Shown: positions 1 to 9,512 of the stretch, piece after piece | Layout: each line of letters opens with the position of its first letter | Numbering within the stretch: position 1 is the first letter of the stretch | Virus record (IMG/VR): IMGVR_UViG_3300035698_017497 | Span: 32,001 to 96,000 of that record | From: a virus | Direction: 5' to 3' (one strand) | DNA: 64,000 bases | Program-made: the position numbers and the translations under genes | The notes under the pieces: generated by a model | The model's input: the letters and a program-made list of their open reading frames with translations, nothing else | Told to the model about the DNA's origin: nothing | Databases searched by the model: none

Positions 1-585
1 GAATCTCCAGATGCTATCGAGGGCGAGCAGGATGTCGTTGAGTCAGATGCAGAGGGAGACACTGTTGGTGCAAATATGGCCAAGAAAAAGCCTGATATAG
101 CTGCCAAGCCTAAAGAGGAACCTGAAGAGGTTCCAGTAGAACAAGCTCCAGAGCTTTCTGCAGAACAACGTGCCGCACAGGTAGGCGTCCAAGCGGCTCA
201 GGAATTTATCGGGATGGATATGATGAACGCTGCTATGAAAGGTGTTCCTGGAGCCACCGATGTTATAGCCCGCGTCGCTGGAGAGATAGCTGGAAAAGTT
301 ACTGAAGCTACTCTTAAAAGCGCTAAAGCTGACGAATTTCTTGCACCACAAGGTGAAGAGGCTGGCACTGGAGAAGAAGATACGTCACTGAATACAGATG
401 AAGACAATCAACCATCTGAAGAAAAACCAGTGGAAGGTGAAGAAGAGTCAACTCCTGAAGACGCAGTAGCAGATCAGGTTGTACCAGACAAGGCCAGTAA
501 CGAGTCTCCACAAAAGGAGAAGTATCCTAAAAAGACCCCTAATGGTATCAGCAAAATGGCTAAACTTCAGTATTTGCTTAGCTAA
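1..585 (+). CDS. Acidic low-complexity hypothetical protein, 5'-truncated (possible internal virion/scaffold protein)
   Basis: Frame is open from base 1 to TAG at 585, so it extends upstream of the tracked ATG at 76. Rich in E/P/A. Followed by a terminator. Confidence 0.7.
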   Translation, partial: ESPDAIEGEQDVVESDAEGDTVGANMAKKKPDIAAKPKEEPEEVPVEQAPELSAEQRAAQVGVQAAQEFIGMDMMNAAMKGVPGATDVIARVAGEIAGKVTEATLKSAKADEFLAPQGEEAGTGEEDTSLNTDEDNQPSEEKPVEGEEESTPEDAVADQVVPDKASNESPQKEKYPKKTPNGISKMAKLQYLLS

Positions 586-611
586 CCCCGCTTTCTTTAA
601 TTATACAATTA

Positions 612-648
612 AGCCTACCGTCACCAAATGGTCGGTGGGCTTTTTTTT
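612..648 (+). terminator. Rho-independent terminator
   Basis: AAGCCTACCG...CGGTGGGCTT stem followed by a T run. Confidence 0.8.
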
Positions 649-658
649 AGGAATATTC

Positions 659-2065
659 ATGAAAAAAATTGCCGCTACGCTTAAAAAGAATATTACGCTA
701 GGTGAGCATCAGCAGAGAGTTGTTGACAAGCTTAAAAAGACTGATAGCTTACTTCTGTATCATAATCTTGGGTCCGGGAAGACACTGTCTTCTATGGCTG
801 GAGCGTCTGGTGAGATATCTGTTATCACACCTGCAAGCTTAAGGATGAATTATAGTCAGGAATTAAGTAAATTTTTAAAAGATGTAAAAGGCTTCGATAT
901 TAAATCGTACGAACAAGCCAATAAATTGCCTATAGCCGGTGATACACTTGTTGTGGATGAGGTCCACAGAATAGGTAACCAGCAATCCAAAAGAAGCAAA
1001 AGAATTAGATCGCTCAGTAAAGGATACGGAAAACGCATAGCACTTTCTGGGAGTCCTATCCTTAACCATCCTCACGAACTTGCTCCTATAATTAAGCTAC
1101 TTAATCCTGACGACGAAACAGTACCTTTAGCGCGTGGAGATTTCAATAAGAAATTTTTAGTAAAAAAGACTCCTCTATTAAATGCCTTATCCGAAGCTAT
1201 TTTCGGGATTGGAATTGGACCAGGCCAAGTTACTAAGGTTAAAAACGAAGAGGTATTAAAAAAAGCTCTCAAGGGTCGAGTTGACTACCACAACAATGTG
1301 GACCCATTAACATATCCCGAAGTAATCGAAAAAGATGTGGTCGTAGATTTGAGCAAAGAACATACAGATATGTATCACTGCATAGTTAACGAAGTGAGCC
1401 CTCTTATAGCTAGAAAAGTTAGGATGAATGTAACACTCAATTCGGAAGAGCTTAAAAAAGCTAAAGCATATATGAATTCTGCAAGACAGGCCTCAAATAC
1501 TACTGCGAAGTTTGGTAAAAATGTACCGTCTAATAAGCTTATAAGGATAGCCGAAGACGCCGCAAGTATGAAGAAAGATGATAAGAATTTTAAAGGCGTA
1601 GTCTATTCAAACTATCTACAGTCTGGCGTAGACGAGCTCGATAAAGAGTTTAAAACAAGAGGGCTAAAGTATACACAGTATACTGGTAAGATGAATGAAA
1701 AACAAAAGGCTGAAGCCATTTCAGAATACAATAAGGGTAAGGTTGACGGTCTTATAGTAACTTCCGCTGGGACTGAGGGATTAAATCTCAAAGGCACTAA
1801 GCTAATGCAAATCACAGAACCCCACTGGAACCAATCAAAAATAAATCAAGTAATAGGTAGAGGTGTTCGCTTTGGATCGCACCTACATCTTCCAGAAGCA
1901 GAGCGAAAAGTCCTTGTTAATCATTACCTTGGTCAGCCAAAACGCAGATGGTATAATTTAAAAAAACCAACGGGAGCTGATGAGTATTTAAAAAGCTTAA
2001 GTAAGAAGAAGCAAGAGGTTATCGATAAATTCCTTAAAATTTTGCAAGAAGAAGGCTCTGAATAA
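659..2065 (+). CDS. SNF2-like superfamily II helicase/ATPase
   Basis: Walker A LLYHNLGSGKT, DEVH, SGSP, GTEGLNL, motif VI QVIGRGVRFGSH. Start moved to ATG 659 (AGGA upstream, after the terminator). Confidence 0.9.
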   Translation: MKKIAATLKKNITLGEHQQRVVDKLKKTDSLLLYHNLGSGKTLSSMAGASGEISVITPASLRMNYSQELSKFLKDVKGFDIKSYEQANKLPIAGDTLVVDEVHRIGNQQSKRSKRIRSLSKGYGKRIALSGSPILNHPHELAPIIKLLNPDDETVPLARGDFNKKFLVKKTPLLNALSEAIFGIGIGPGQVTKVKNEEVLKKALKGRVDYHNNVDPLTYPEVIEKDVVVDLSKEHTDMYHCIVNEVSPLIARKVRMNVTLNSEELKKAKAYMNSARQASNTTAKFGKNVPSNKLIRIAEDAASMKKDDKNFKGVVYSNYLQSGVDELDKEFKTRGLKYTQYTGKMNEKQKAEAISEYNKGKVDGLIVTSAGTEGLNLKGTKLMQITEPHWNQSKINQVIGRGVRFGSHLHLPEAERKVLVNHYLGQPKRRWYNLKKPTGADEYLKSLSKKKQEVIDKFLKILQEEGSE

Positions 2066-4389
2066 TGCTTATTCAAAATATAGATATAGATCGTACCTAT
2101 CAAAATACATCCATTGTAAATGCTGACATTGTACTCGAGGGGATAGAGGTTGTATCCAGTTACAAGTATAAGATTTATGTTAGTTATGATACTGTATCTG
2201 ATTTTAGAGCCCTTGGTGAAGTTGACGGGTCCACATTAAGCTCAACAGATCCAGTGATTGCATACGAAGATATCTTCAGAGAATATAATCCTAACAGGGT
2301 TAGATATTATAAAATAGAAGGTATTTTAAAAACTGTAAATGTTATTGAATATACTTCGCCAATGGGATTCATAGGATCTGCAACTGACGGTATCCACGAT
2401 ACTATCGCCTACGCTGAAGGACTCCTTAATCAACATTATATCGGAACTCCATGTTTATTAATGCGTAGAGTCGAGCATGAGGTTGGTAGAAGATGTCCAG
2501 ATTGCTGGGATCGTGAAACAAAACAAATTACAAAAAGTCATTGTGCTACATGTTATGGAACATCATTTGTCGGCGGGTACTATCCTCCTATAGAGGTACA
2601 GGTTGCTATAGATGCTGAGCCTAAGTCTTCGATGGTCGAAGATGCTGGTGCGAATGTTTATGATAAAAAAAGGGCAAGAGTCTCAAGAGCTCCAATTGTA
2701 AGGCCTAAAGATTTAATTATAGATAGAGATACCGGTCAGAGATATATGGTTGTTGAGATGGTTGAAACGACCAAGCTCCCACAGATATCAAATTATACTC
2801 GTCAGTATTCTGATGAGAACGGTATAATGAGTCAGATATTCTTCCTAAAAGAATTAGAGTCATCTGATATAAGGTACGAGATTGACCCTGACCTTGTTAC
2901 AAGTGCAGGTGGAGTTACCCCATATCACTTCTTAATTGGATCCAGTAATATTGGCACCCCAACACCCACTGGATATAAATTTGTAATACCTTCCGGAACA
3001 CAGCATACAATTACAGTTACTTTAGATGGAAATACTACGTCAATCCCGGGAACCGGAACATTAATACCTGACGGGTATGATAGATTGTTTGAGTTCACTG
3101 CTGATGCCGGATATATCATATCTAAAGTCGAGATCGATGGAGTAGATTTAGGCGCAATAGAAAGCTACCTATTCGAGGCCGTCACTGAGAATCACACCAT
3201 AGAGCTTTTCGCTGAGTCTGCCGAGGTATTTGACATAACGGCAACCTCTGATGTACATGGGGCCATAGCACCATCTGGAGTCTCTGAGGTAACCTACGGA
3301 AACGATCTGGAATATCTATTTAGCACAGATGTTGGATATAAAGTTGACGACATTGTTGTCGATGCCGTATCTCAAGGAGTGCTTGGTAGCTACACTTTTG
3401 AAAATGTTATTGCAGACCATACGATCCACCTTGGAATTTCTGCAATTGTAGGATACACAATAGTGAGTTCTAAAAATGATGGTGGCAATATTACACCTTT
3501 GGGTAACGTGGCTGCACTGGAAAATGATAATGTCACATTTGACATAGTTCCAAATGCTGGATATGTGATCTCAGACGTTCTTGTCGATCTAGTATCTCAA
3601 GGAACTCCGAGTCAATACATATTTTATGGGATTAGTGCTGACCATACAATCGAGGTTGTTTTTTCAGCAATACCAGTCCATGTGATTATTGCTACAGATG
3701 ATCACCATTCCACCTTTTCTCCTGCGGGAATAGTTCACGTCACTGACGGTGACGATCAAGCCTTCTCAGCTATCGGTAGTACTGGGTATGAGATTGCAGA
3801 GCTGATTGTGGATAGCGTATCTCAAGGCAAAATAACTAACTATACATTCCTAAATGTTACCGAGGATCATACGATAGAGGTTACAAGTGAAGTTGGTGGA
3901 TCTGGTAATGGTGAGTTTATTTATCAGACACTAATAGTTACCTCGAATGGACAAACTGAATTTACGCTCTCAGACACCCCTTTAGACCTTGATGAAGTAT
4001 CTATGATTGTTTCTGACGGCGGAGTCGAGTTGGCTAATGGTATAGATTTTTCCGTTCTGGGGACTACGGTAACATACCTTCTCGGAACACCAGCTTTTGC
4101 AATAGGTGAAAAAGTAATCTTTAAGTATTTTACATCTGTAATAGAAGATGGTGAAGGCGACTTTTTTTACCAGACTGAAGTTGTAGCATCTGACGCTCAG
4201 GCAACATTTACTCTTGATCAGGCGCCTCTTAATGATAATGAGGTTGCGATGGTTGTATCTGATGGTGGAGTAGAGCTAGTTAACGGTGTTGACTTTTCTG
4301 TATCGAGCACTACTGTAACATATTTACTTGGTTCTCCTGCATTCTTAACAGGGGAAAAAATAATATTTAAGTATTACGTAGCGCCATAA
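2065..4389 (+). CDS. Virion structural protein: neck/head-closure-like N-terminus with CxxC..CxxC, plus tandem Ig-like repeats
   Basis: CPDC...CATC motif; four repeats of type GY.I..V.VD...G....Y.F..V..DHTI; two C-terminal repeats QT.FTL...P....V.M.VSDGGVEL.NG.DFSV. Confidence 0.55.
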   Translation: MLIQNIDIDRTYQNTSIVNADIVLEGIEVVSSYKYKIYVSYDTVSDFRALGEVDGSTLSSTDPVIAYEDIFREYNPNRVRYYKIEGILKTVNVIEYTSPMGFIGSATDGIHDTIAYAEGLLNQHYIGTPCLLMRRVEHEVGRRCPDCWDRETKQITKSHCATCYGTSFVGGYYPPIEVQVAIDAEPKSSMVEDAGANVYDKKRARVSRAPIVRPKDLIIDRDTGQRYMVVEMVETTKLPQISNYTRQYSDENGIMSQIFFLKELESSDIRYEIDPDLVTSAGGVTPYHFLIGSSNIGTPTPTGYKFVIPSGTQHTITVTLDGNTTSIPGTGTLIPDGYDRLFEFTADAGYIISKVEIDGVDLGAIESYLFEAVTENHTIELFAESAEVFDITATSDVHGAIAPSGVSEVTYGNDLEYLFSTDVGYKVDDIVVDAVSQGVLGSYTFENVIADHTIHLGISAIVGYTIVSSKNDGGNITPLGNVAALENDNVTFDIVPNAGYVISDVLVDLVSQGTPSQYIFYGISADHTIEVVFSAIPVHVIIATDDHHSTFSPAGIVHVTDGDDQAFSAIGSTGYEIAELIVDSVSQGKITNYTFLNVTEDHTIEVTSEVGGSGNGEFIYQTLIVTSNGQTEFTLSDTPLDLDEVSMIVSDGGVELANGIDFSVLGTTVTYLLGTPAFAIGEKVIFKYFTSVIEDGEGDFFYQTEVVASDAQATFTLDQAPLNDNEVAMVVSDGGVELVNGVDFSVSSTTVTYLLGSPAFLTGEKIIFKYYVAP

Positions 4390-4435
4390 TAATGTATTTT
4401 ATATATAATGCCATTAAGATAAGGGAAGATGGATT

Positions 4436-4966
4436 ATGCCTAAAATTTTAGGAAAATGGATAGCTGATAACGCAGTTACTAATGATAAATCAGCCGATAT
4501 GGATACCAGCCATATTAAAATGAGAAATACAGCTGGTGTAGGCGACCCTGAAGATCTTAAAATTTCTGAGCTTACAGAGGAGACAATTCCAGCTATTGGC
4601 GATTGGATTCTTGGTGAAACGGCAGAAGGCGTTTTAGTTAAATACGACGTTGGGGATTTGCCCAGCATATCTAAAGTCCCGGTCGCTGTCCCTGCATCTC
4701 AGACAATAGTAGTAAGTTCTGTCGCAATTGAGAGAAAAAGTGTTAAGTGGATTTTAACCGTGGAGGACTCAACCAATTCATTAATTAACGTAAGAGAGCT
4801 GCTGTTCGTCAACAATGCGAGCCCAGATACATTAACTTATGGTGTGGTTGGGGATACTATCGACTTCACAGTACAGGTTACAGTTGGCGCGGCTATCGAG
4901 TTGAAAATTACAAACAATACAATCGTAGAATTATCGGCATCGTTTGCGATAATCACGTGTTTATAA
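4436..4966 (+). CDS. Virion fibre/decoration-like protein
   Basis: 176 aa; shares a ~68-aa module with 6591-7544; structural cluster. Confidence 0.55.
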   Translation: MPKILGKWIADNAVTNDKSADMDTSHIKMRNTAGVGDPEDLKISELTEETIPAIGDWILGETAEGVLVKYDVGDLPSISKVPVAVPASQTIVVSSVAIERKSVKWILTVEDSTNSLINVRELLFVNNASPDTLTYGVVGDTIDFTVQVTVGAAIELKITNNTIVELSASFAIITCL

Positions 4967-4984
4967 ACTATAAAGGAAAATATT

Positions 4985-6520
4985 ATGGCTGCTAAATTTA
5001 GGACAGAGGAAGGCTTTTCCATTGCTGGTGCAGTGGAACAACTACAAGGGTCGGTAGACCCATCAGCCGCTAGTGGAATAGTGGCATCGGTAGGATCACT
5101 TTATCAGAGAACGGATGGAACCCTTTGGAGAAAGTCTGGAGCTGGTGATACAGCTTGGACAAAGCTTGGAGATGATGGTGCCACGTCGTCTGAGGATACT
5201 TTTCAGAACACGTTTACCGGCAAAACTGGTACTGGTTCTGAAAATCCAACATACGCCTCAGCTACAGTCGTAACGCAATCCGGCGATCTTGAAGCTGCCA
5301 TTGGAGAACTTGACGCAAAGCTTGGTCCAATTGAAGCAAGTGCTGATGTTACAGATGCTACAAATGTTGCCGCTGCTGGAGCCGTCATGGAGAGCGACGC
5401 AACTGTAGCCGCAATGGGTTTTGTTATTGACGAAGATGACATGACGTCAGACTCAGATACTAAAATTCCAACACAGCAATCAGTTAAAGCCTACGTCGAT
5501 GCTGTGGCAGCATCCGAGATGGCGTATAAGGGTGGGTACAATGCGTCCACTAATACGCCAGATCTTGACACTTCGCCGTCTGGTATTTCAATTGGTGACA
5601 TGTATACTGTCACTGTTGCTGGTACATTTTTCGCAACAGCTCTTGAAGCTGGCGATGTACTTATTGCTGAACAGACTAATCCGACTCTTGAAAGCCATTG
5701 GACAATTGTGCAAGCAGACATGAATGCTGCATCAATAAAATCTGCTTATGAGTCAAATGCTGACACTAATGCATTTACAGATGCTGCTTCATCAAAATTG
5801 AGTGGAATTGAAGCGAGTGCCGACGTTACAGATGCTGCAAATGTAAACTCTGCTGGCGCAGTGATGGAAGCTGATTATAATGCTAATACAATTCTAGCAG
5901 CAACTTCAGACGATACTCCCGCCGCACTAACAATACCTGAACAGACTATTGTAGGTCGTATTACTTCTGGAGCTATCGACGCTCTTACCGCAACCGAAGT
6001 GCGTACACTTATCAATGTTGAAGACGGTGCTGATGTTACTGATGCAACAAATGTAGATTCTGCTGGCGCTACCATGAACACTGATACGGACGTTTCGGCT
6101 AACTCCTGGGTTTTGGACGAGGATGCTTTAACTTCTAATTCTAATACCAAGGTTCCTACTCAACAATCTGTTAAAGCTTATGTTGATACTGAACTTGCAG
6201 AAGCTTACACTAAAGTAACAGGTACAGTTCTCGTATCGACTACTACTGATGTCGATGTGATACCTACTGCGAATATTATCGGTGTTGAGTGGGAAATATG
6301 TCTATACGAGACATCTACTCCGGCTAATATGTATTCATGTAAAGTTTTTGCCCATACTGATGGCACTTCAGTTGATAATGCTGAGTACGCTGTGCTTGAA
6401 CTTGGGACACCTCCTACGGTTGTGGTTACTGTAGCTATCGACGCTGCTAATCTTGATCTAAGAATTAATTCAAGTGTAGCTTCCACCTATAGGATTAATA
6501 GAAGAGAAATTAGAGCTTAA
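4985..6520 (+). CDS. Fibre-like structural protein with internal repeats
   Basis: Repeats (IE/VE)..ADVTDA.NV..AGA.M x3 and TK.PTQQSVKAYVD x2; A/T/D-rich. Confidence 0.65.
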   Translation: MAAKFRTEEGFSIAGAVEQLQGSVDPSAASGIVASVGSLYQRTDGTLWRKSGAGDTAWTKLGDDGATSSEDTFQNTFTGKTGTGSENPTYASATVVTQSGDLEAAIGELDAKLGPIEASADVTDATNVAAAGAVMESDATVAAMGFVIDEDDMTSDSDTKIPTQQSVKAYVDAVAASEMAYKGGYNASTNTPDLDTSPSGISIGDMYTVTVAGTFFATALEAGDVLIAEQTNPTLESHWTIVQADMNAASIKSAYESNADTNAFTDAASSKLSGIEASADVTDAANVNSAGAVMEADYNANTILAATSDDTPAALTIPEQTIVGRITSGAIDALTATEVRTLINVEDGADVTDATNVDSAGATMNTDTDVSANSWVLDEDALTSNSNTKVPTQQSVKAYVDTELAEAYTKVTGTVLVSTTTDVDVIPTANIIGVEWEICLYETSTPANMYSCKVFAHTDGTSVDNAEYAVLELGTPPTVVVTVAIDAANLDLRINSSVASTYRINRREIRA

Positions 6521-6529
6521 GTAATATAA

Positions 6530-6562
6530 AGCCCTGGGGGACATTCCTCAGGGCTAACTTTT
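6530..6562 (+). terminator. Probable terminator
   Basis: AGCCCTGGGG-GACATT-CCTCAGGGCT stem followed by AACTTTT. Confidence 0.55.
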
Positions 6563-6590
6563 GTGGGATAGTGAACCAAAAGGATAGAAA

Positions 6591-7544
6591 ATGGCTATAT
6601 CAAAAGCTTTTAGAGTAAAGGATGGCTTCTCGATACAGGACGAGGTCTATATAATATATGGAACCTCGACCCCGGTAGCAGGAGTCGTGGCTGACACTGG
6701 GTCTTTATACATGATGAAGACAGGTGGCGGTGTAGGTACTCTTTTTGTCAAGTATGGCAGTGCGAATACTGACTGGGTACAACTTTATGATAAAGTTTCT
6801 AATTTTTCAGCATCTATAGCCCCTACAGTCAATGACGATATCACAAATGATTATCAGCCTGGATCTTTATGGGCTGATACTACTGCTGACAAAGCATACA
6901 TATGCCTTGATAACACAGACGGCGCAGCTGTATGGAACGAAATGGCAAACGCTACTCATACTGGTGAAGTTACTGGAAGTACGGAATTGACAATAGCGAA
7001 TGACGCTGTTACAAATGCCAAGGCTGCCAATATGGCTACCGATACAATCAAGATGCGTAACACGGCTGGAACAGGTGATCCTGAAGACGTGAAGGTATCA
7101 ACGTTAACAGAGGAGCCAGCACCCACAACAGGTGATTGGATCCTTGGTGAGACTGCCGAGGGTGACCTTGTCAAGTATGATGTTGGTGATTTACCTTATA
7201 TTGCAAAACCAACACTGACCAAGACAATAGTTATAGAGACTCCAGCGCTCAATGATAAAATACCAGTATTTAGAACTGATGTAGCTATCACAATTGTCGA
7301 AGTCATAGGTGCAAATAATGAAGCTTCAAAAGATCTTGACCTTGAATTAAGACATTCAACATCGTTAACAACGGCAGGAACCTCAGTAGGTACGGTGGCA
7401 ACCCTTGCCTCAGTAACTGGTACAGCATTTACTCTCGGTGGGGATACTACTATCCCTGCAAATAGCTGGTTGATACTTGATGTAGACGAGGCTACAACAG
7501 CTCCGGCTATGGTTGTTGTTGATATTAGATATACTGAAGATTAA
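6591..7544 (+). CDS. Fibre-like structural protein
   Basis: APTVNDD...Y.PGSLW......AYICLDNT.GAAVW module typical of phage fibre proteins; N-terminus resembles 4985-6520 (K.FR...GFSI). Confidence 0.6.
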   Translation: MAISKAFRVKDGFSIQDEVYIIYGTSTPVAGVVADTGSLYMMKTGGGVGTLFVKYGSANTDWVQLYDKVSNFSASIAPTVNDDITNDYQPGSLWADTTADKAYICLDNTDGAAVWNEMANATHTGEVTGSTELTIANDAVTNAKAANMATDTIKMRNTAGTGDPEDVKVSTLTEEPAPTTGDWILGETAEGDLVKYDVGDLPYIAKPTLTKTIVIETPALNDKIPVFRTDVAITIVEVIGANNEASKDLDLELRHSTSLTTAGTSVGTVATLASVTGTAFTLGGDTTIPANSWLILDVDEATTAPAMVVVDIRYTED

Positions 7545-7565
7545 ATTTAAAACTAGGGAGATATT

Positions 7566-7916
7566 ATGGCTGCAGCAGCGGTAGGAACAAAGAGAGTCTT
7601 GATACCAGGTACTAGGGTTCCTAACAAAATTATTCTTGACTCAAATGAATTACATACTGGCAAAGGTGAGCTGATAGTCAAGAGTGTTGTTGCTATTGAT
7701 AATGGTGATAATACATATTAATATGTAGAGATTGAGGATGGCGCAGACTCGATATCAAAAATAGATCTTGCAAAGCTTCATAGCAAAACGTTTAACGGTA
7801 TACTGTTTGCAGATCTTCTCATTGCGCATAGCAAGATATGTGATCAGTTATGGGCCGAAACACTTTAAGAAGAGTTATACAAAGGAATCGAATAAACAGG
7901 AGATTCCGAAGAGTAA
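7566..7916 (+). pseudogene. Gene with three in-frame TAA stops (pseudogene, readthrough or sequencing artefact)
   Basis: GGGAG RBS and ATG 7566. Protein-like reading continues in the same frame across TAA at 7719, 7866 and 7893 to TAA 7914-7916. Confidence 0.55.
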
Positions 7917-7939
7917 GATCAGTATACAAAAGGAGCAGT

Positions 7940-8200
7940 ATGAAATATAATGTATCAAGGCAAGAATATATCAACGGAAGCTTGGTAGCTATTTCGATTG
8001 GGTATCTGACGACTAGCACTGATGTTATTAATTTTAATAACGCACACGTTGCCGCGTTTGATGACTGGTTGGCAGTGAATAGGCACCTTTTAGATGCTAC
8101 TGCTACAATAGATAATAGAACGTATATAGCTATTGGTGAGCATGATGAAGGATTAGGATTACCAGAAATTACCGACTTTGCAAATCCGGAAGGCTTATAG
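7940..8200 (+). CDS. Hypothetical protein (86 aa)
   Basis: AAGGAG RBS before ATG 7940, in frame with the tracked ORF 7850-8200. Confidence 0.7.
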   Translation: MKYNVSRQEYINGSLVAISIGYLTTSTDVINFNNAHVAAFDDWLAVNRHLLDATATIDNRTYIAIGEHDEGLGLPEITDFANPEGL

Positions 8201-8202
8201 TA

Positions 8203-8775
8203 ATGGCTACCCAAGATGTTACTGGTGATTATTTTAAGCTCCACTTAGTCAACACCATTGATCAAGGTTACGCTAAAAATGGCAACTTTGGCGTGGGTTG
8301 GTATCGTAGGCATACTGCGAACTATTATACGAAGGAGATTTTGCTTGCGATAGACGTATCGGCTATTGCTTCAGGGTCAACGGTTACCGATGTAGCATTC
8401 AGCTGGGATATTCAATCCAACAGCCTTGGTTACAACGCTATGACAGCGGAGGTTCAAGAACAGGATAAAGGCAACTGGACTGACACTGGTACTACTCCAA
8501 AATATAGTACATTCTCAGCCACGTCATGGCCAACCGCATTGGCGACAATGGGCGGCTTGACCTTAACTTCCTCTGGAACCCAGACTTTTACATCGAATAC
8601 AGGACTAGAAGCATTGTTTCAAGATTTCGTCGACGGGGTGAAGACCGACCACGACGGAATAATATTAGCGATGAACACTAACACCACAGCATGGTGGCTG
8701 GATGTAAACAATCTCCAGGTAATTGTTACATATGATCCACCAGCAGGCGGTAGAAGAATTTTTATAACAGGGTAA
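8203..8775 (+). CDS. Structural protein, DNRLRE-like beta domain
   Basis: L.IDVSAI.SGSTVT...F pattern and C-terminal L.V.VTY; tightly coupled to neighbours. Confidence 0.5.
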   Translation: MATQDVTGDYFKLHLVNTIDQGYAKNGNFGVGWYRRHTANYYTKEILLAIDVSAIASGSTVTDVAFSWDIQSNSLGYNAMTAEVQEQDKGNWTDTGTTPKYSTFSATSWPTALATMGGLTLTSSGTQTFTSNTGLEALFQDFVDGVKTDHDGIILAMNTNTTAWWLDVNNLQVIVTYDPPAGGRRIFITG

Positions 8776-8784
8776 GGATTTATT

Positions 8785-9477
8785 ATGCAAAAATTATTTA
8801 GAATATTAATCAACATGCTATCTTCTCTCTTGTCAGAGAATAAAGCTCCATCCCTGAAATCTTTGCCCGAAGTTGAGAAGAAACTTAAAATTACAAAAGA
8901 TGAAAGACTATTCGATACAACTAAGAAATTCGAGAATGTTGTATTGACAACCGATAGATATATATTTAAGAAAGCTCTAAAGAAAGTTTTAGAGTATGAA
9001 GGTGGATATTCTAACCATCCAAAAGACCCTGGTGGGCCGACCAACAAAGGCATTACCCAAGCTGTGTATGATAAATACCAGAGCAAAAAGGGTAAGCCCG
9101 TGCAGAGTGTTGAACTTATCAAGGATATCGAAATTGAAGAAATTTATAAACATAAGTATTGGCTTTTTGGCGAATGCGATGAGATGCCTGATCCGATTGC
9201 TTGCACTCATTTTGACGCGTGTGTTAATTCAGGTATCAGACAAGCTAGCAAGTTTATTCAAAGAGCAATTGATGTAAAAGATGATGGTAAAATCGGACCA
9301 ATTACCATGAAGGCTATTAAGGACGCTGACGATCCAAGGAATATTGCCAATATAGCAATTGATCACCGTGAGATATTTTTTAAGAGACTGGTAAGTAAGA
9401 AATCATCTTATAGTGTATTCCTTAAGGGGTGGCTTAACAGAACAAAAAAATTAAGAATATGGATTAACACTTTGTAA
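8785..9477 (+). CDS. Glycoside hydrolase family 108 lysozyme with C-terminal peptidoglycan-binding domain (endolysin-like)
   Basis: EGGYSNHPKDPGGPTNKGIT catalytic motif, FD.CVNSG, DGKIGP.T, FLKGWLNR. Confidence 0.9.
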   Translation: MQKLFRILINMLSSLLSENKAPSLKSLPEVEKKLKITKDERLFDTTKKFENVVLTTDRYIFKKALKKVLEYEGGYSNHPKDPGGPTNKGITQAVYDKYQSKKGKPVQSVELIKDIEIEEIYKHKYWLFGECDEMPDPIACTHFDACVNSGIRQASKFIQRAIDVKDDGKIGPITMKAIKDADDPRNIANIAIDHREIFFKRLVSKKSSYSVFLKGWLNRTKKLRIWINTL

Positions 9478-9512
9478 TAAAGTATTTTTCTATAAATTAG
9501 ATTGGAAAAATT

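Noticed and set aside
479-658. N-terminal extension of the helicase from 479
   Set aside because: Overlaps the upstream gene and crosses a terminator; ATG 659 has an RBS
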